Numbered from the stretch's first letter, positions 18,938-28,673 are shown. The stretch is DNA of 64,000 nucleotides from Planctomycetaceae bacterium (GCA_947481985.1 CANKIK010000007.1:2331-66330); one strand, 5' to 3'. Translations and numbers: made by a program. Notes: generated by a model from the letters alone, not told the origin.

Positions 18938-19963
18938 TCACTCGACAACACCCGCACAGGGGAGGCGTCTGTCGATCCTCTTCATCAATCCCCGCAGGAC
19001 GCGTCCCGGCCCCACCTCCCACGCCTCTCCGACGCCATGGCCACCGGCTTGCGGCGAGGCCAGGAGCCGCTCCATAGAGGCCTGCCATTGCACCACTTCC
19101 ACCACCTGCCGTGCCAGGAGGCGACGGATCTCGGCAGGGTCGACATGCGGAAGCGCATCCACATTGCTCACCACCGGAATTCGCGGCGGCCGTATTTCGA
19201 CACTCTCAAGCGCCGCAGAAAGTTTCGACACCGCAGGCTTCATCAACGCCGTATGAAAGGCTCCGGCGACACCGAGCAGCACGCATTTCATGGCGCCGGC
19301 AGCGCTTGCTGCCAAGCGGAGACGCTCGCACGCGGCAGCCGATCCGGAGGCGACGACGTTTCCGGGGCAGAGGATATTGGCGACCTCGAGGACGTCCGTT
19401 CCACGGACCGTGGCACACAGTTGGGCAACCCGGTCCGACTCGAGGCCGAGAACGGCGAGCATGGCCCCCGGGCTCGCTTCGGCACAGGCCTGCATGGCCC
19501 GGCCACGGACGTCGACCAGCCTCACGGCATCGTCGAACGACAGCGCTCCGGCAAAGACCAGAGCCGTATATTCGCCAAGCGACAGTCCCGCGGTGACGGT
19601 GGCCCGGTCGAGGGGATGGTCGCCACTTTGATCACGTGGCCGGGAGCGAAACACCTCGAGCATTGCCAAACTGGTGACGAGAATCGCTGGTTGGCTGACT
19701 GCGGTGGTGTCGAGCGTCGCCGCCGGACCTGCCCGGCAGACCGACGCCAAGTCATAGCCCAGCAACTCGCTGGCGCGTCGAAACATTCCAGCCGCGAGAG
19801 GGTGGCCGTCAATCCAAGCGCCAAGCATGCCCACCGACTGGGCTCCCTGGCCGGGAAAGAGGATGGCCACCAGAGTCCGGGGATCGATGGACAAACCATC
19901 AGCCGCAGCGGCACCGGAAGGCCTGTCTTCAGCCGCGTCGCCTCCTGCCGAGGGGCGTACCAA
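18938..19963 (-). CDS. fabD: Malonyl-CoA:ACP transacylase
   Basis: FPGQGAQ, SQPAI, GLSLGEY (active Ser), GAFHT; start uncertain. Confidence 0.93.
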   Translation of the reverse strand: MVRPSAGGDAAEDRPSGAAAADGLSIDPRTLVAILFPGQGAQSVGMLGAWIDGHPLAAGMFRRASELLGYDLASVCRAGPAATLDTTAVSQPAILVTSLAMLEVFRSRPRDQSGDHPLDRATVTAGLSLGEYTALVFAGALSFDDAVRLVDVRGRAMQACAEASPGAMLAVLGLESDRVAQLCATVRGTDVLEVANILCPGNVVASGSAAACERLRLAASAAGAMKCVLLGVAGAFHTALMKPAVSKLSAALESVEIRPPRIPVVSNVDALPHVDPAEIRRLLARQVVEVVQWQASMERLLASPQAGGHGVGEAWEVGPGRVLRGLMKRIDRRLPCAGVVE

Positions 19964-19966
19964 CGG

Positions 19967-20146
19967 TCATTCCCCGGTCTTGATGACCGGACGTCCCATG
20001 TAGTGGCCGCAAGTGCCACAGATGTGGTGCGTGGGGACGGCCTTGCCGCAGTTGGAGCAGAATGTCAGCTGCCGCGGGGTGAGGAAGTCGTGGGCCCGAC
20101 GTGAGCGGGTCTTCTGATTCGATTGGCGTCGCTTTGGAACGGCCAT
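19967..20146 (-). CDS. rpmF: 50S ribosomal protein L32 (Zn-ribbon form), absent from the supplied ORF track
   Basis: Manual translation gives MAVPKRRQSNQKTRSRRAHDFLTPRQLTFCSNCGKAVPTHHICGTCGHYMGRPVIKTGE (59 aa), directly upstream of fabD. Confidence 0.95.
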   Translation of the reverse strand: MAVPKRRQSNQKTRSRRAHDFLTPRQLTFCSNCGKAVPTHHICGTCGHYMGRPVIKTGE

Positions 20147-20241
20147 GGGATCACCTTGGTGCCAGGAACTGTCGAGCCCAAGACTCTAGCCGCACTGGGC
20201 CTTCCGGGTCAATCGCCACATGGGAGGGGGGGGCAGGGGAG

Positions 20242-21267
20242 TCAGAAAAGCCTGCTCTGAGCCGCTGGCGGAGGAGCCCCCCCGAGATGCTCCTCCCCGC
20301 GGGAGGTGAGACGGCGGCCACGGGGAGTCCGGACCACGAGTTCGCAACGGAGCAAAAAAGGCTCCACGTCGTCCTCAAGCGTGTCGGTGGCGCTGCTCAT
20401 GGTGTGAGCAATCGCCTCGATTCCCACCGGCCCCCCGCCGAACACCCGCTGGATCGTCTCCAAATAGCGCCGATCGAAGCCGTCGAGCCCCAGCCCGTCG
20501 ATCCCCTGCATCTCGAGCGCCGTCCGCGCGATGCCGATATCGAGCCTGCCGTCCGCTCGACTGGTGGAATAGTCGCGGATCCAGCGGAGGCGGTTGTTGG
20601 CTAACCTGGGAGTGCCCCGGCTGCGGCGGGCGATTTCGTCGGCGGAGACATCGTCCATTGGCATCTGGAGCTTGACTGCGGATCGACGGACGATCTCGGC
20701 AAGTTCCTCGATTTCATAGAAATCGAGGTGCTCACGCATCTGAAAGCGATCGCGGAGGGGGGCTGAGAGCAGCCCCGGGCGGGTGGTTGCTCCAATGAGC
20801 GTGAACGGCCGCAGCGGCATGTTGATCGTCCGCGCGGCCACACCGTCTCCAAGCGTGATGTCGATGCGGAAATCCTCCATCGCCGGATAGAGGAATTCCT
20901 CCACCGCGATCGGCAAGCGGTGGATTTCGTCGATAAACAGCACCGATCCCTCGGCGGCGTTGCTGAGATACGGGAGCAGGTCTTTGGGTGCGGCCAGCGA
21001 CGCACCACTGGCAATCTGCAGCGTGACTCCCAACTCACGGGGAATGCAGGTGGCGAAGGTGGTCTTGCCGAGGCCGGGAGGACCGTCGAGGAGAATGTGG
21101 CCGAGCACCTCGCCCCGCTTGCGGGAGGCATCGACGGCGATCATCAGCCGCTCATAGACAGCCTGCTGGCCGACAATGTCGGTCAGTCGCTGGGGGCGCA
21201 GGGCCCGATCTTCGCCCGGTTCAGAGGCGTCGTCGGGCCCGATCGTCGGCTCGCGGAAACTGCTCAT
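20242..21267 (-). CDS. ruvB: Holliday junction branch migration helicase RuvB
   Basis: ALRP..L.DIVGQ, GPPGLGKTT, FIDEIHR, GATTR, RDRF, RGTPR. Confidence 0.97.
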   Translation of the reverse strand: MSSFREPTIGPDDASEPGEDRALRPQRLTDIVGQQAVYERLMIAVDASRKRGEVLGHILLDGPPGLGKTTFATCIPRELGVTLQIASGASLAAPKDLLPYLSNAAEGSVLFIDEIHRLPIAVEEFLYPAMEDFRIDITLGDGVAARTINMPLRPFTLIGATTRPGLLSAPLRDRFQMREHLDFYEIEELAEIVRRSAVKLQMPMDDVSADEIARRSRGTPRLANNRLRWIRDYSTSRADGRLDIGIARTALEMQGIDGLGLDGFDRRYLETIQRVFGGGPVGIEAIAHTMSSATDTLEDDVEPFLLRCELVVRTPRGRRLTSRGEEHLGGAPPPAAQSRLF

Positions 21268-21416
21268 GCGTCCAGTCCTGGCGAAAGAGCCCACAGCCTA
21301 GCAGACATGCGGCCCCCCACACCGATCGGTTTCCGGGAGGTGGTGGAGTGGAGAAAAACGCTTTCGGTGCCGAGGCAACACCCCTCCTTGGCCGGTTTGT
21401 GGGCGCGGCGTGGCCG

Positions 21417-22043
21417 TCACCGGGGCTTGTGCATCTGGCGGTAAATCGTCTCCAGAGCGTCCTGCACATCCTTGACCTTCTTCTTCTCCCCGCGGAGCGT
21501 ATCGCACAGCCGGCGGGCCTCGGTGTCGGAGTGACCGAGCGATCGGAGAACGTCGAATGTCTCCGCCAGCACGTCCCCCGCCGCTGCCTCGCCCGGTGCA
21601 TCGCGGGCCACAAGCAGGGCAAATTTCGGCATTCTTCTCCGCAACTTGGCGATCATCCGCTCGGCGGTCGCAGCACCGATTCCGGGGAGCGTGGCCAGCA
21701 GAGCGGCGTCTTGCTCCTCGATTGCCCGCGCAATCTCGCCAACGGGCCTGACCATCGCGCGGAGGGCCTTGCGGACACCGACACCGTCCACTTCGCAGAT
21801 CAGGTCGAAAAACTCCCGCTCCACTTCCGAGAGGAATCCCACCACCCTGGGCACGAGGTTGCCACGGCCTGGGGTGCCCTCGAGGAACTCCAGCGTATGG
21901 AGCGTGATCGATTGGCCGACCTTGGTCTGGAGGTCGCGGCGCACCAGTTCCGGTACCAGCACCTCGTGCACCACCGGCCCGAGGACAAGCTCGAGGGCGC
22001 CGACGCCAACATGCCCCAGTGTTCCGGAAAGTCGCTTGATCAT
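21417..22043 (-). CDS. ruvA: Holliday junction branch migration protein RuvA
   Basis: MIKRLSG, HhH motifs VDGVGVRKA and LPGIGAATA, C-terminal LRSLGH; located between ruvC and ruvB. Confidence 0.92.
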   Translation of the reverse strand: MIKRLSGTLGHVGVGALELVLGPVVHEVLVPELVRRDLQTKVGQSITLHTLEFLEGTPGRGNLVPRVVGFLSEVEREFFDLICEVDGVGVRKALRAMVRPVGEIARAIEEQDAALLATLPGIGAATAERMIAKLRRRMPKFALLVARDAPGEAAAGDVLAETFDVLRSLGHSDTEARRLCDTLRGEKKKVKDVQDALETIYRQMHKPR

Positions 22044-22627
22044 GTGGTGCCTCCGGCAGAACGATCCGTCCGGCGGAGGAGCAGATGCATGCCCCCCTGA
22101 CGGATCCTGAGATGGTAGTCGGCCAGTGCGATGGCCAGGGCATCGGCGGCGTCGGCTGGTTCCGGGCGCGTGGTGAGCCCCAACTCCCGCTGGACCGCCG
22201 CCTGCATCTGTTCCTTCCCCGCCTGACCGCTGCCGGTAAGGAGGCTTTTGACGCGTGCCGGGGGATAATCGTAGACCGTCAAACCTGCCTGGGCTGCAGC
22301 CAAGCAGATCACCCCCCTGGCATGCCCCATGAGGATCGCCGTCCGCGGAAAGCGGGCGTGGACGAAAATCTGTTCGATCGCCATCACCGTTGGCCGACAG
22401 GCCTCCAGCACCTCCACAACTCCCGCATGAATCGTTGCCAAGCGTTCGGCGAGTGACGCGCCTCGGGAACGGACGGTGCCGGCCTCAACCAAGCGGACGG
22501 TGCCTCCGCGGACCTCAATCACGCCATATCCGGTGACATTGAGCCCCGGATCGAAGCCGACCACACGATGGTCCACCGGCGACGCACGAGGATCGATCGG
22601 GGGAGTGGCCGGGGTGGGGCGGGGCAT
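22040..22627 (-). CDS. ruvC: Crossover junction endodeoxyribonuclease RuvC
   Basis: VGFDPGLNVTGYGVI, AIEQIF, GHARG, TGSGQAGKEQM, DAADALAIA; ATGA overlap with ruvA. Confidence 0.95.
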   Translation of the reverse strand: MPRPTPATPPIDPRASPVDHRVVGFDPGLNVTGYGVIEVRGGTVRLVEAGTVRSRGASLAERLATIHAGVVEVLEACRPTVMAIEQIFVHARFPRTAILMGHARGVICLAAAQAGLTVYDYPPARVKSLLTGSGQAGKEQMQAAVQRELGLTTRPEPADAADALAIALADYHLRIRQGGMHLLLRRTDRSAGGTT

Positions 22628-22783
22628 GCCCGCAGGGTACCCGTCGGCGAAGGAGTGACCCAAGGCCAGTTCAAAGACCAGCCGCGGAAGGGGGAAACCG
22701 CGTGCCTGCCAATCGGTCGCGGAGCAAGGCGAAGGGACGCCACCCTCCCCTCGGAGCGACAAGGGACAGCACCTCAAGACAAC

Positions 22784-22857
<74 letters not shown>

Positions 22858-22949
22858 ATGTGCAACGCACGGTGTCAGGATACCGCAAGAACCGGTTTCG
22901 ACCAAGATTATCCCTTTCCGCCCCCCGATCCCCAGCGTTCCGCAGCGGA

Positions 22950-25946
22950 TCAGGCGGCGGCGGGGGGCAGTACAAAGCCATCGTCGTCGACCAAGTGCCC
23001 CACGCCGAGCGTGCAGGCGACCGGGGTCGAGGAATCAGTTTCCCCTGCCGGACGCGAACAGACAGCCCCGATCAGCAGCGGCAGTGACAAAGCATCGCCG
23101 TCAATGGGAACGCATTCCATGGGCCGCCGGCCCAGCCGCCGCCGCTGGATCGCATCCTGCCAGAGCACCGCACCGTTCACGATCCTCCCCAGCGTTTCAG
23201 GCTTGTTGGTCAACTCATGATCCACGGTGGACCGTGCCGGAGGCGAGTTCATCGCCACCAGCCCCGCCGCCGCCGAAGGAGCGAAGGCCACAACCGGCTC
23301 GATGCCAAACGTCGCCCGAAACAGTTCCGCGGCCCTCCGTGCGGCAAGGAGATCGTCCGCCGTAGCCACAGGCATCACCACGGCTTGGAGTTGATCACCG
23401 GGACGTTCCTCGCTCGCCGCGGCTTGCAGCACTTGATCAATCCGCGCCAGCCAGATCGTGGCCCGCTCCTCGCGGATAGCACGGAGGATCCTCGGTGCAG
23501 GCAATCCGGGATCGGCCACCACCGCTCCAATGCCAAGCAGGGGCCCCCCCAACAGTCCGAATTGAATGGAGAGTGGATCGCCGGCGGCCAGCGATCCCAG
23601 CAGCCTGTCTTCACGACGCACCAGACAACAGCCATCGAAGGCCTCGGCCCCTGCTGCAAGGGTGGCCCAGTCGAGCCACCTGCCAGTCTGATCATCGACG
23701 GCGATCGGGCGATTCCCCCGACGACCGCCAGGAATTTTCTCCACGCTCCCAAGTAGGGGACGGCCGGAGCGGAGATCGAGCGGTGTTCCCCCGCCAATCG
23801 CGGCCAACGCCGCCGCCAGCCGGTGGACAGCGTCGGGACGGAGGTCGAGTCCGCGTCCTGTGGTCGTGGTGCCGTCGGCCGCGATGGCGACGTTCCGGCC
23901 ACGATTGGCCCGCAGCCAGGCGGCCAGTTCCCGGTCGGGATCGCGCGTGGCAAGCATCCGGGAGCGGACAGCGACGGCAGTCAACTCCTGGAGGGCCAGC
24001 CGAGCCTCGTGCGGAGGCGTCCCCACCGGCAGCGGGTCGCCAAAAGAGATTGTCAGCGACCTGCGGAACCCGCGCGGCCATTTGGAGAAGAACCGCCCCT
24101 CGGAGTAGGAGAGCACGCTGCCCCACATCCCATCAATGTGTGCCGGCACGATCGGCGCCTCAACCCGTCCGAGGATCCATTCCAGGCCCCGCTTGAAGCC
24201 GAGTATCTGTCCGGTTCGGGAAATGCCCCCTTCGGAAAAGATCCCGACCACGTCGCCTGCCGCCAATCCCTGCTGCATGGTGCGGAGCGCCTGGCCGATC
24301 GATTTGGGACGCGGATCAAAGAGGATGAAGCGCCACTGCCGGGCCAGCATGCGGAGAAAACGGCCGCGGATATTGGGGCCGAAGACCAGCATCCGCAGTG
24401 GCCGGGGCGTGGCCAGCACCAGCGCGAACCCATCGAGCCAGGAGAGGTGATTTGAGACCACCACAACGGGCCCCTCGGCAGGCAGCCGGTCCTCATCCCG
24501 CACCCGCCAGCGCCACACTCCGGAGACGATCCCTGCAACGAGGGTCCGCAGCGAGGCCCGCGGCGCACACCATACGGCAACCGCCGTCGCCAGCAGCCCC
24601 ATCAGCGCAAACCCGCCGAACACTCCCCGGGCGGAGAGCAGGGGGGTGGAAGGGTCGCCCACGGGAGTCCTGGCTGCGCCGTAGACCAGTGACGCCAGGA
24701 ACATCGCTGCGAACACCAACAGATTGAGACTGGCAAGCAACGCTCCCCGCCGGGCCGGTGGGCTCTGCTGCTGAAAGTGGGCCTCCAGCGGCACGTCGAA
24801 CATCCCTGCCCCCAGGCCGAGGACGAGGAGTGCAGCCAGAGCCGGCCACCAGGCCCACCCATGCGCGAGGCCATCCACGAACAGGGGCCGCGGACCGAGC
24901 CACAGGCCCACCGACGCGATCGTCATCAGGATCGCGCCACAGGGCACCAAACCGAGGTTGACTCCGCGTGCAGACAACCTGCCGGCCAACAGGCTCCCGG
25001 CCCCGATACCGGCCCCCAAAGCGCACAGGAAGGGCACCACCTGTGATTGCGACGAGGAGCCCCCCTCGGCAACGAACTGGTCGACGTTGAGGTTGGCCAT
25101 CGCCCCCAGCGCCCAGAAGAAGGCACTGCCAGCCGCTGCGGCGGAAAGATCGGGGGAGGAGAACAGTTCGCGGAGATCTGTCCACGTGCGGCCCAGCGCA
25201 TTGACTGGGGGCCGGGCGGTGGGGTCGGCCGCCGGCCGTCTCACGAGGAGGAACGACGCTCCCCAGCCTGCCACTGCCACCCCGATCAGGCTCAGCGCCG
25301 CCGGGAGGGCTGCCCGCCATTGCTCTCCAGCGACCACCGCCGCTGTGGAAACAGACAGCGGCGTCGCGTCCGCCAGCCAGTTGCCGCCAGCGGTGCCCAC
25401 CAGCGTCGCCACCAGCGTCAGCATGGCAAACATGCCGTTGGCAGCCGAGAGTCGTTCCGGGGGCACCGACTCCGGGATCGTGCCCAGGATCGCCGGCGCC
25501 AGCAATGCCGCCTGACAGCCGATCGCGATCAGCGTTCCGAGGAGCAACCACAGCCCCAGCGGCCAGCCAGTGCCTCGGTCGGCTGCCGCGCCTCCGAGCA
25601 CTCCAAAAGCGATGACGGCTGCGGCCGCACCCGCGATCACGATCTCAGCAAATTTGCACCACTGGATCACCGCCCGCTTCGGATAGCGGTCGGCCAACCA
25701 GCCCGAAAGCCATGCCAAGAGTACGAAGGGGAGCACGAACCCTGCGGTGCCCAACATCAACACCAGCGATTGCTGTTCCTGAAGCACCACCCGCTTCCCC
25801 AGGCCGATCGCCAACCAGCGGAGGAGGTTGTCGTTGACCACGGTCAGCACCCGCAGTGCCAACAGGGCTGTAAAGCCGGTGGCAAACAGGCGTCCTCCCC
25901 GGGAGACAGCCGACGCGGTGGGGGAGTTGGCGACGGAAACGTCCAC
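22950..25946 (-). CDS. Aas-like fusion: LplT-type MFS + PlsC acyltransferase + degenerate acyl-ACP synthetase remnant
   Basis: NDNLLR and SGWLADRYPK MFS motifs with many TM segments; NHLSWLD and FSEGGISRTG acyltransferase motifs; eroded C-terminal domain. Start uncertain (25946-26045). Confidence 0.8.
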   Translation of the reverse strand: MDVSVANSPTASAVSRGGRLFATGFTALLALRVLTVVNDNLLRWLAIGLGKRVVLQEQQSLVLMLGTAGFVLPFVLLAWLSGWLADRYPKRAVIQWCKFAEIVIAGAAAAVIAFGVLGGAAADRGTGWPLGLWLLLGTLIAIGCQAALLAPAILGTIPESVPPERLSAANGMFAMLTLVATLVGTAGGNWLADATPLSVSTAAVVAGEQWRAALPAALSLIGVAVAGWGASFLLVRRPAADPTARPPVNALGRTWTDLRELFSSPDLSAAAAGSAFFWALGAMANLNVDQFVAEGGSSSQSQVVPFLCALGAGIGAGSLLAGRLSARGVNLGLVPCGAILMTIASVGLWLGPRPLFVDGLAHGWAWWPALAALLVLGLGAGMFDVPLEAHFQQQSPPARRGALLASLNLLVFAAMFLASLVYGAARTPVGDPSTPLLSARGVFGGFALMGLLATAVAVWCAPRASLRTLVAGIVSGVWRWRVRDEDRLPAEGPVVVVSNHLSWLDGFALVLATPRPLRMLVFGPNIRGRFLRMLARQWRFILFDPRPKSIGQALRTMQQGLAAGDVVGIFSEGGISRTGQILGFKRGLEWILGRVEAPIVPAHIDGMWGSVLSYSEGRFFSKWPRGFRRSLTISFGDPLPVGTPPHEARLALQELTAVAVRSRMLATRDPDRELAAWLRANRGRNVAIAADGTTTTGRGLDLRPDAVHRLAAALAAIGGGTPLDLRSGRPLLGSVEKIPGGRRGNRPIAVDDQTGRWLDWATLAAGAEAFDGCCLVRREDRLLGSLAAGDPLSIQFGLLGGPLLGIGAVVADPGLPAPRILRAIREERATIWLARIDQVLQAAASEERPGDQLQAVVMPVATADDLLAARRAAELFRATFGIEPVVAFAPSAAAGLVAMNSPPARSTVDHELTNKPETLGRIVNGAVLWQDAIQRRRLGRRPMECVPIDGDALSLPLLIGAVCSRPAGETDSSTPVACTLGVGHLVDDDGFVLPPAAA

Positions 25947-26216
25947 GTGTCTGCTCACAGGAGGATTCGGAATCGATCGCAGTCTGGCCGTTGCGCGAAC
26001 TGGGGCATCGCCCAGCAAGCCACACAACCACCCCCATCCACTCAATCCCCCCTAGGGTGGCAACGGATCCAGCGGATGCGGATGCCGATGGGCGTGGCGA
26101 AGACTACCAGACGATTGCACAACCGACTGCGGCGAACGTATTCTTGGCATGGCGTTGAAGCGGGCGGAAAATGCCCCCCTCCTGCGGCGCAGGCACTCAC
26201 AGACAAGGCCACTCCC

Positions 26217-26831
26217 ATGCTCTTTTCTCCGCTTTTCCCTCGGTTGCCGGCCGCTGTGAGGCCCTGCCTGGCTGCACTGATCTCACTCTTCTTGGCAGGC
26301 CCCGGCGATCTGACCGCCACGGCTCAGGAAATCGTCTACCGGCCAATGGTCCCAATGTTCGCCCCGGCAGCAGGCCCCTCCGTTGCCAATTACACCCCCT
26401 CGGGCAACTACGCTGCCGTGACGGCCTATTCACCGCCGGTGATCCAGCCGTTGCCCATTGCAGCCGTTGCAATGCCGGTCACCACATTCATGCCGGTCAG
26501 TCCCACTGTCACCACCTATTCCCTACCGGCGGCGACCACCGTGGCTCGCCCTGTGACTGCGTATTACGCCCCCACATACGCCGCAGCGGCGCCGTACAGC
26601 GTGAATTACGCACCGAGTTACGCCGGCGGCTACGCCACCACCGCTTTCTACGCCCCTGCAGCGGTGCCGATGGCCCAGGCCCCTGTGGCGGTGACCTCGT
26701 ACTACGCCCCAGCGGCACAGGTCGTGGCTCCCATGACCGTCGTCCCGATGGCCCCCACAGCCGTGGCCGTTCCGCTCTATCGCCGCGGCCTCTTCGGGGG
26801 ATTGCGGCCTGTCCGCTACTGGCCGTATTGA
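26217..26831 (+). CDS. Exported low-complexity Ala/Pro/Val/Tyr/Thr-rich hypothetical protein
   Basis: Signal peptide ending ATAQ; repeated T(A/S)(Y/F)YAP units; basic C-terminus YRRGLFGGLRPVRYWPY. Start ATG 26217 lies inside the longer shadow ORF 25047..26831. Confidence 0.7.
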   Translation: MLFSPLFPRLPAAVRPCLAALISLFLAGPGDLTATAQEIVYRPMVPMFAPAAGPSVANYTPSGNYAAVTAYSPPVIQPLPIAAVAMPVTTFMPVSPTVTTYSLPAATTVARPVTAYYAPTYAAAAPYSVNYAPSYAGGYATTAFYAPAAVPMAQAPVAVTSYYAPAAQVVAPMTVVPMAPTAVAVPLYRRGLFGGLRPVRYWPY

Positions 26832-26844
26832 TCCGCCCCTTCTC

Positions 26845-26873
26845 AAAAAAAGCCCCTGTTTGCAGGCGTTTTT
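26845..26873. terminator. Possible bidirectional intrinsic terminator
   Basis: A7-GCCCCTG-TTTG-CAGGCG-T5 just after the stop at 26831; the stem is short and imperfect. Confidence 0.35.
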
Positions 26874-26920
26874 CGTCCTCGCTGGGTGCTGGGAGGGGAG
26901 TTGATCTTAGCCGGACTTGG

Positions 26921-26971
26921 CGACCATCTCCGCTGGTCATTTCTTGACCACTTGGGGTGGTCACCTATAGT
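26921..26971 (+). promoter_or_regulatory. Carotenoid operon promoter (TTGACC-N16-TATAGT) overlapped by tandem palindromic operator (T)GACCA-N7-TGGTCA x2
   Basis: -35 TTGACC at 26944-26949 and -10 TATAGT at 26966-26971; half-sites CGACCA 26921, TGGTCA 26934, TGACCA 26945, TGGTCA 26958. Confidence 0.65.
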
Positions 26972-27122
26972 ACGGGCGGATTGACCGGTGGCGGATCGTC
27001 TCCCCGGTCACGTCTCCCCGGTCGCTTGGAGGCGGCGGTTCCCGCATCCTGCCCGACCACGCCCCTTCCCCGCGGCCTGCACTTACCGGCCGCCGCTCCT
27101 CCCCGCCCCGAGTTCCCTGCGG

Positions 27123-28673
27123 ATGTCGCGAACTGTCAACATCATTGGCGCCGGCCCTGGCGGACTTGCCTGCGCCATGTTGCTAGCTGCCGCCGGCGTC
27201 CGGGTGCGGATCCTTGAGCGGCTGGCCTTCCCCGGGGGACGGACAAGCACGATCACAACGCCGGAGGGCTTCCGCTTCGACCTCGGCCCGACGTTCTTTC
27301 TCTACCCACGCGTGCTCGAGGACATCTTCACCGCCTGTGGCCGTGACCTGCGACGCGAAGTGGACATGGTGCGGCTCGACCCGCAGTACCGGCTCGTGTT
27401 CGGCTCCGGCGGCGAACTCCTCGCTACCCCCGACATCGAGCGGATGGAAGCGGAAGTGGCGCGGCTCTCGCCCGCCGATGCGGGGTCGTTCACGAGGTTT
27501 ATGGACGCCAACCGGGAGAAGTTCTGCCGCTTTGCCCCGTTCCTCGAACAGCCCTTCGAGAGTTGGCGAGACCTGGCCAAAACTGAACTGCTCAAACTGA
27601 TGCCGCTGCTCAAGCCATGGCGGAGCCTCGACAGCGAACTGGGGCGTTTCTTTCGCGACGAGCGGGTCCGGCTGGCATTCACATTCCAGTCGAAGTATCT
27701 GGGAATGTCGCCGTTCCGCTGTCCGAGCCTCTTCTCCATTCTCTCGTTTCTCGAGTACGAGCATGGTGTCTACCACCCCATCGGTGGTTGCGGTGCCGTC
27801 TCCACTGCCATGGCGCGGATCGCCACCGAGATGGGGGTCGAGATTCATTACGGGGAGCCGGTGGAATCGCTGCGGTTCGAAGGGCGAAAGGTGGTGGCGG
27901 CCCAGACTGGCAACGGCGAATACGAGGCGGACGCCACGGTCGTCAATGCAGATTTTGCCCGGACGATGACCACGCTGGTGCCGAACCGGCTGCGGCGGAA
28001 ATGGAGCGACCGAAAGATCGCTTCGAAGCGGTTCTCCTGCTCGACATTCATGCTCTATCTGGGGATCGACGGGCGGTACGACAACACCCCCCACCACACG
28101 ATCTACCTTTCCGAGAAATACCGAGAAAACCTGGCCGACATCGAAACCCGCCACACCCTTGGCAGCGATCCCTCGATGTACGTGCAGAATGCCGGAGTCA
28201 CTGATCCGACCCTGGCCCCCGAGGGACAAAGCACCCTCTACCTTCTCATCCCCGTGACGCATCGTCATCCCAACGTGGACTGGCGGCGTGAAGCGCCGCG
28301 CTTCCGCGAGGTGGCGCTCGACCAGTTGGAGCGGATGGGGATCAATGGCGTCAGGCAGCGGATCCGCTACGAGAAAATGATCACTCCGGACGACTGGCAA
28401 GACGACTACCAGATCTACAGGGGCGCGACATTCAATCTCTCCCACGATCTCGGGCAGATGCTTCACATGCGCCCCCACAACCGCTTTGAGGACCTGGAGC
28501 GGGTGTATCTCGTCGGCGGCGGAACCCATCCCGGCAGCGGACTGCCGGTGATCTACTCCTCCGCACGGATCACCGCCGAGTTGTTGCTCGGTGACCTCGG
28601 TCTTTCCTCCGCCGACTCCCCCCCCAGACGGGCCCTGGTCCACAAGCAGACTGCGACCGCCGCCGGGGTGTGA
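27123..28673 (+). CDS. crtI: Phytoene desaturase family protein (CrtN-like C30 desaturase)
   Basis: IIGAGPGGLA FAD motif, FDLGPTF, FQSKYLGMSP, GVYHPIGG, LVGGGTHPGSGLP; ATG 27123. Confidence 0.9.
   Translation: MSRTVNIIGAGPGGLACAMLLAAAGVRVRILERLAFPGGRTSTITTPEGFRFDLGPTFFLYPRVLEDIFTACGRDLRREVDMVRLDPQYRLVFGSGGELLATPDIERMEAEVARLSPADAGSFTRFMDANREKFCRFAPFLEQPFESWRDLAKTELLKLMPLLKPWRSLDSELGRFFRDERVRLAFTFQSKYLGMSPFRCPSLFSILSFLEYEHGVYHPIGGCGAVSTAMARIATEMGVEIHYGEPVESLRFEGRKVVAAQTGNGEYEADATVVNADFARTMTTLVPNRLRRKWSDRKIASKRFSCSTFMLYLGIDGRYDNTPHHTIYLSEKYRENLADIETRHTLGSDPSMYVQNAGVTDPTLAPEGQSTLYLLIPVTHRHPNVDWRREAPRFREVALDQLERMGINGVRQRIRYEKMITPDDWQDDYQIYRGATFNLSHDLGQMLHMRPHNRFEDLERVYLVGGGTHPGSGLPVIYSSARITAELLLGDLGLSSADSPPRRALVHKQTATAAGV

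Noticed and set aside
17812-19077. 421-aa plus-strand ORF
   Set aside because: Mostly antisense to fabG; no independent coding signal.
25047-26216. Long N-terminal extension of ORF 25047..26831
   Set aside because: Antisense to the MFS fusion; the credible protein begins at ATG 26217 with a signal peptide.
27183-28643. 486-aa minus-strand ORF, and similar long ORFs at 39074..40405, 43240..44808 and 19037..20104
   Set aside because: Antisense shadows of well-supported genes.
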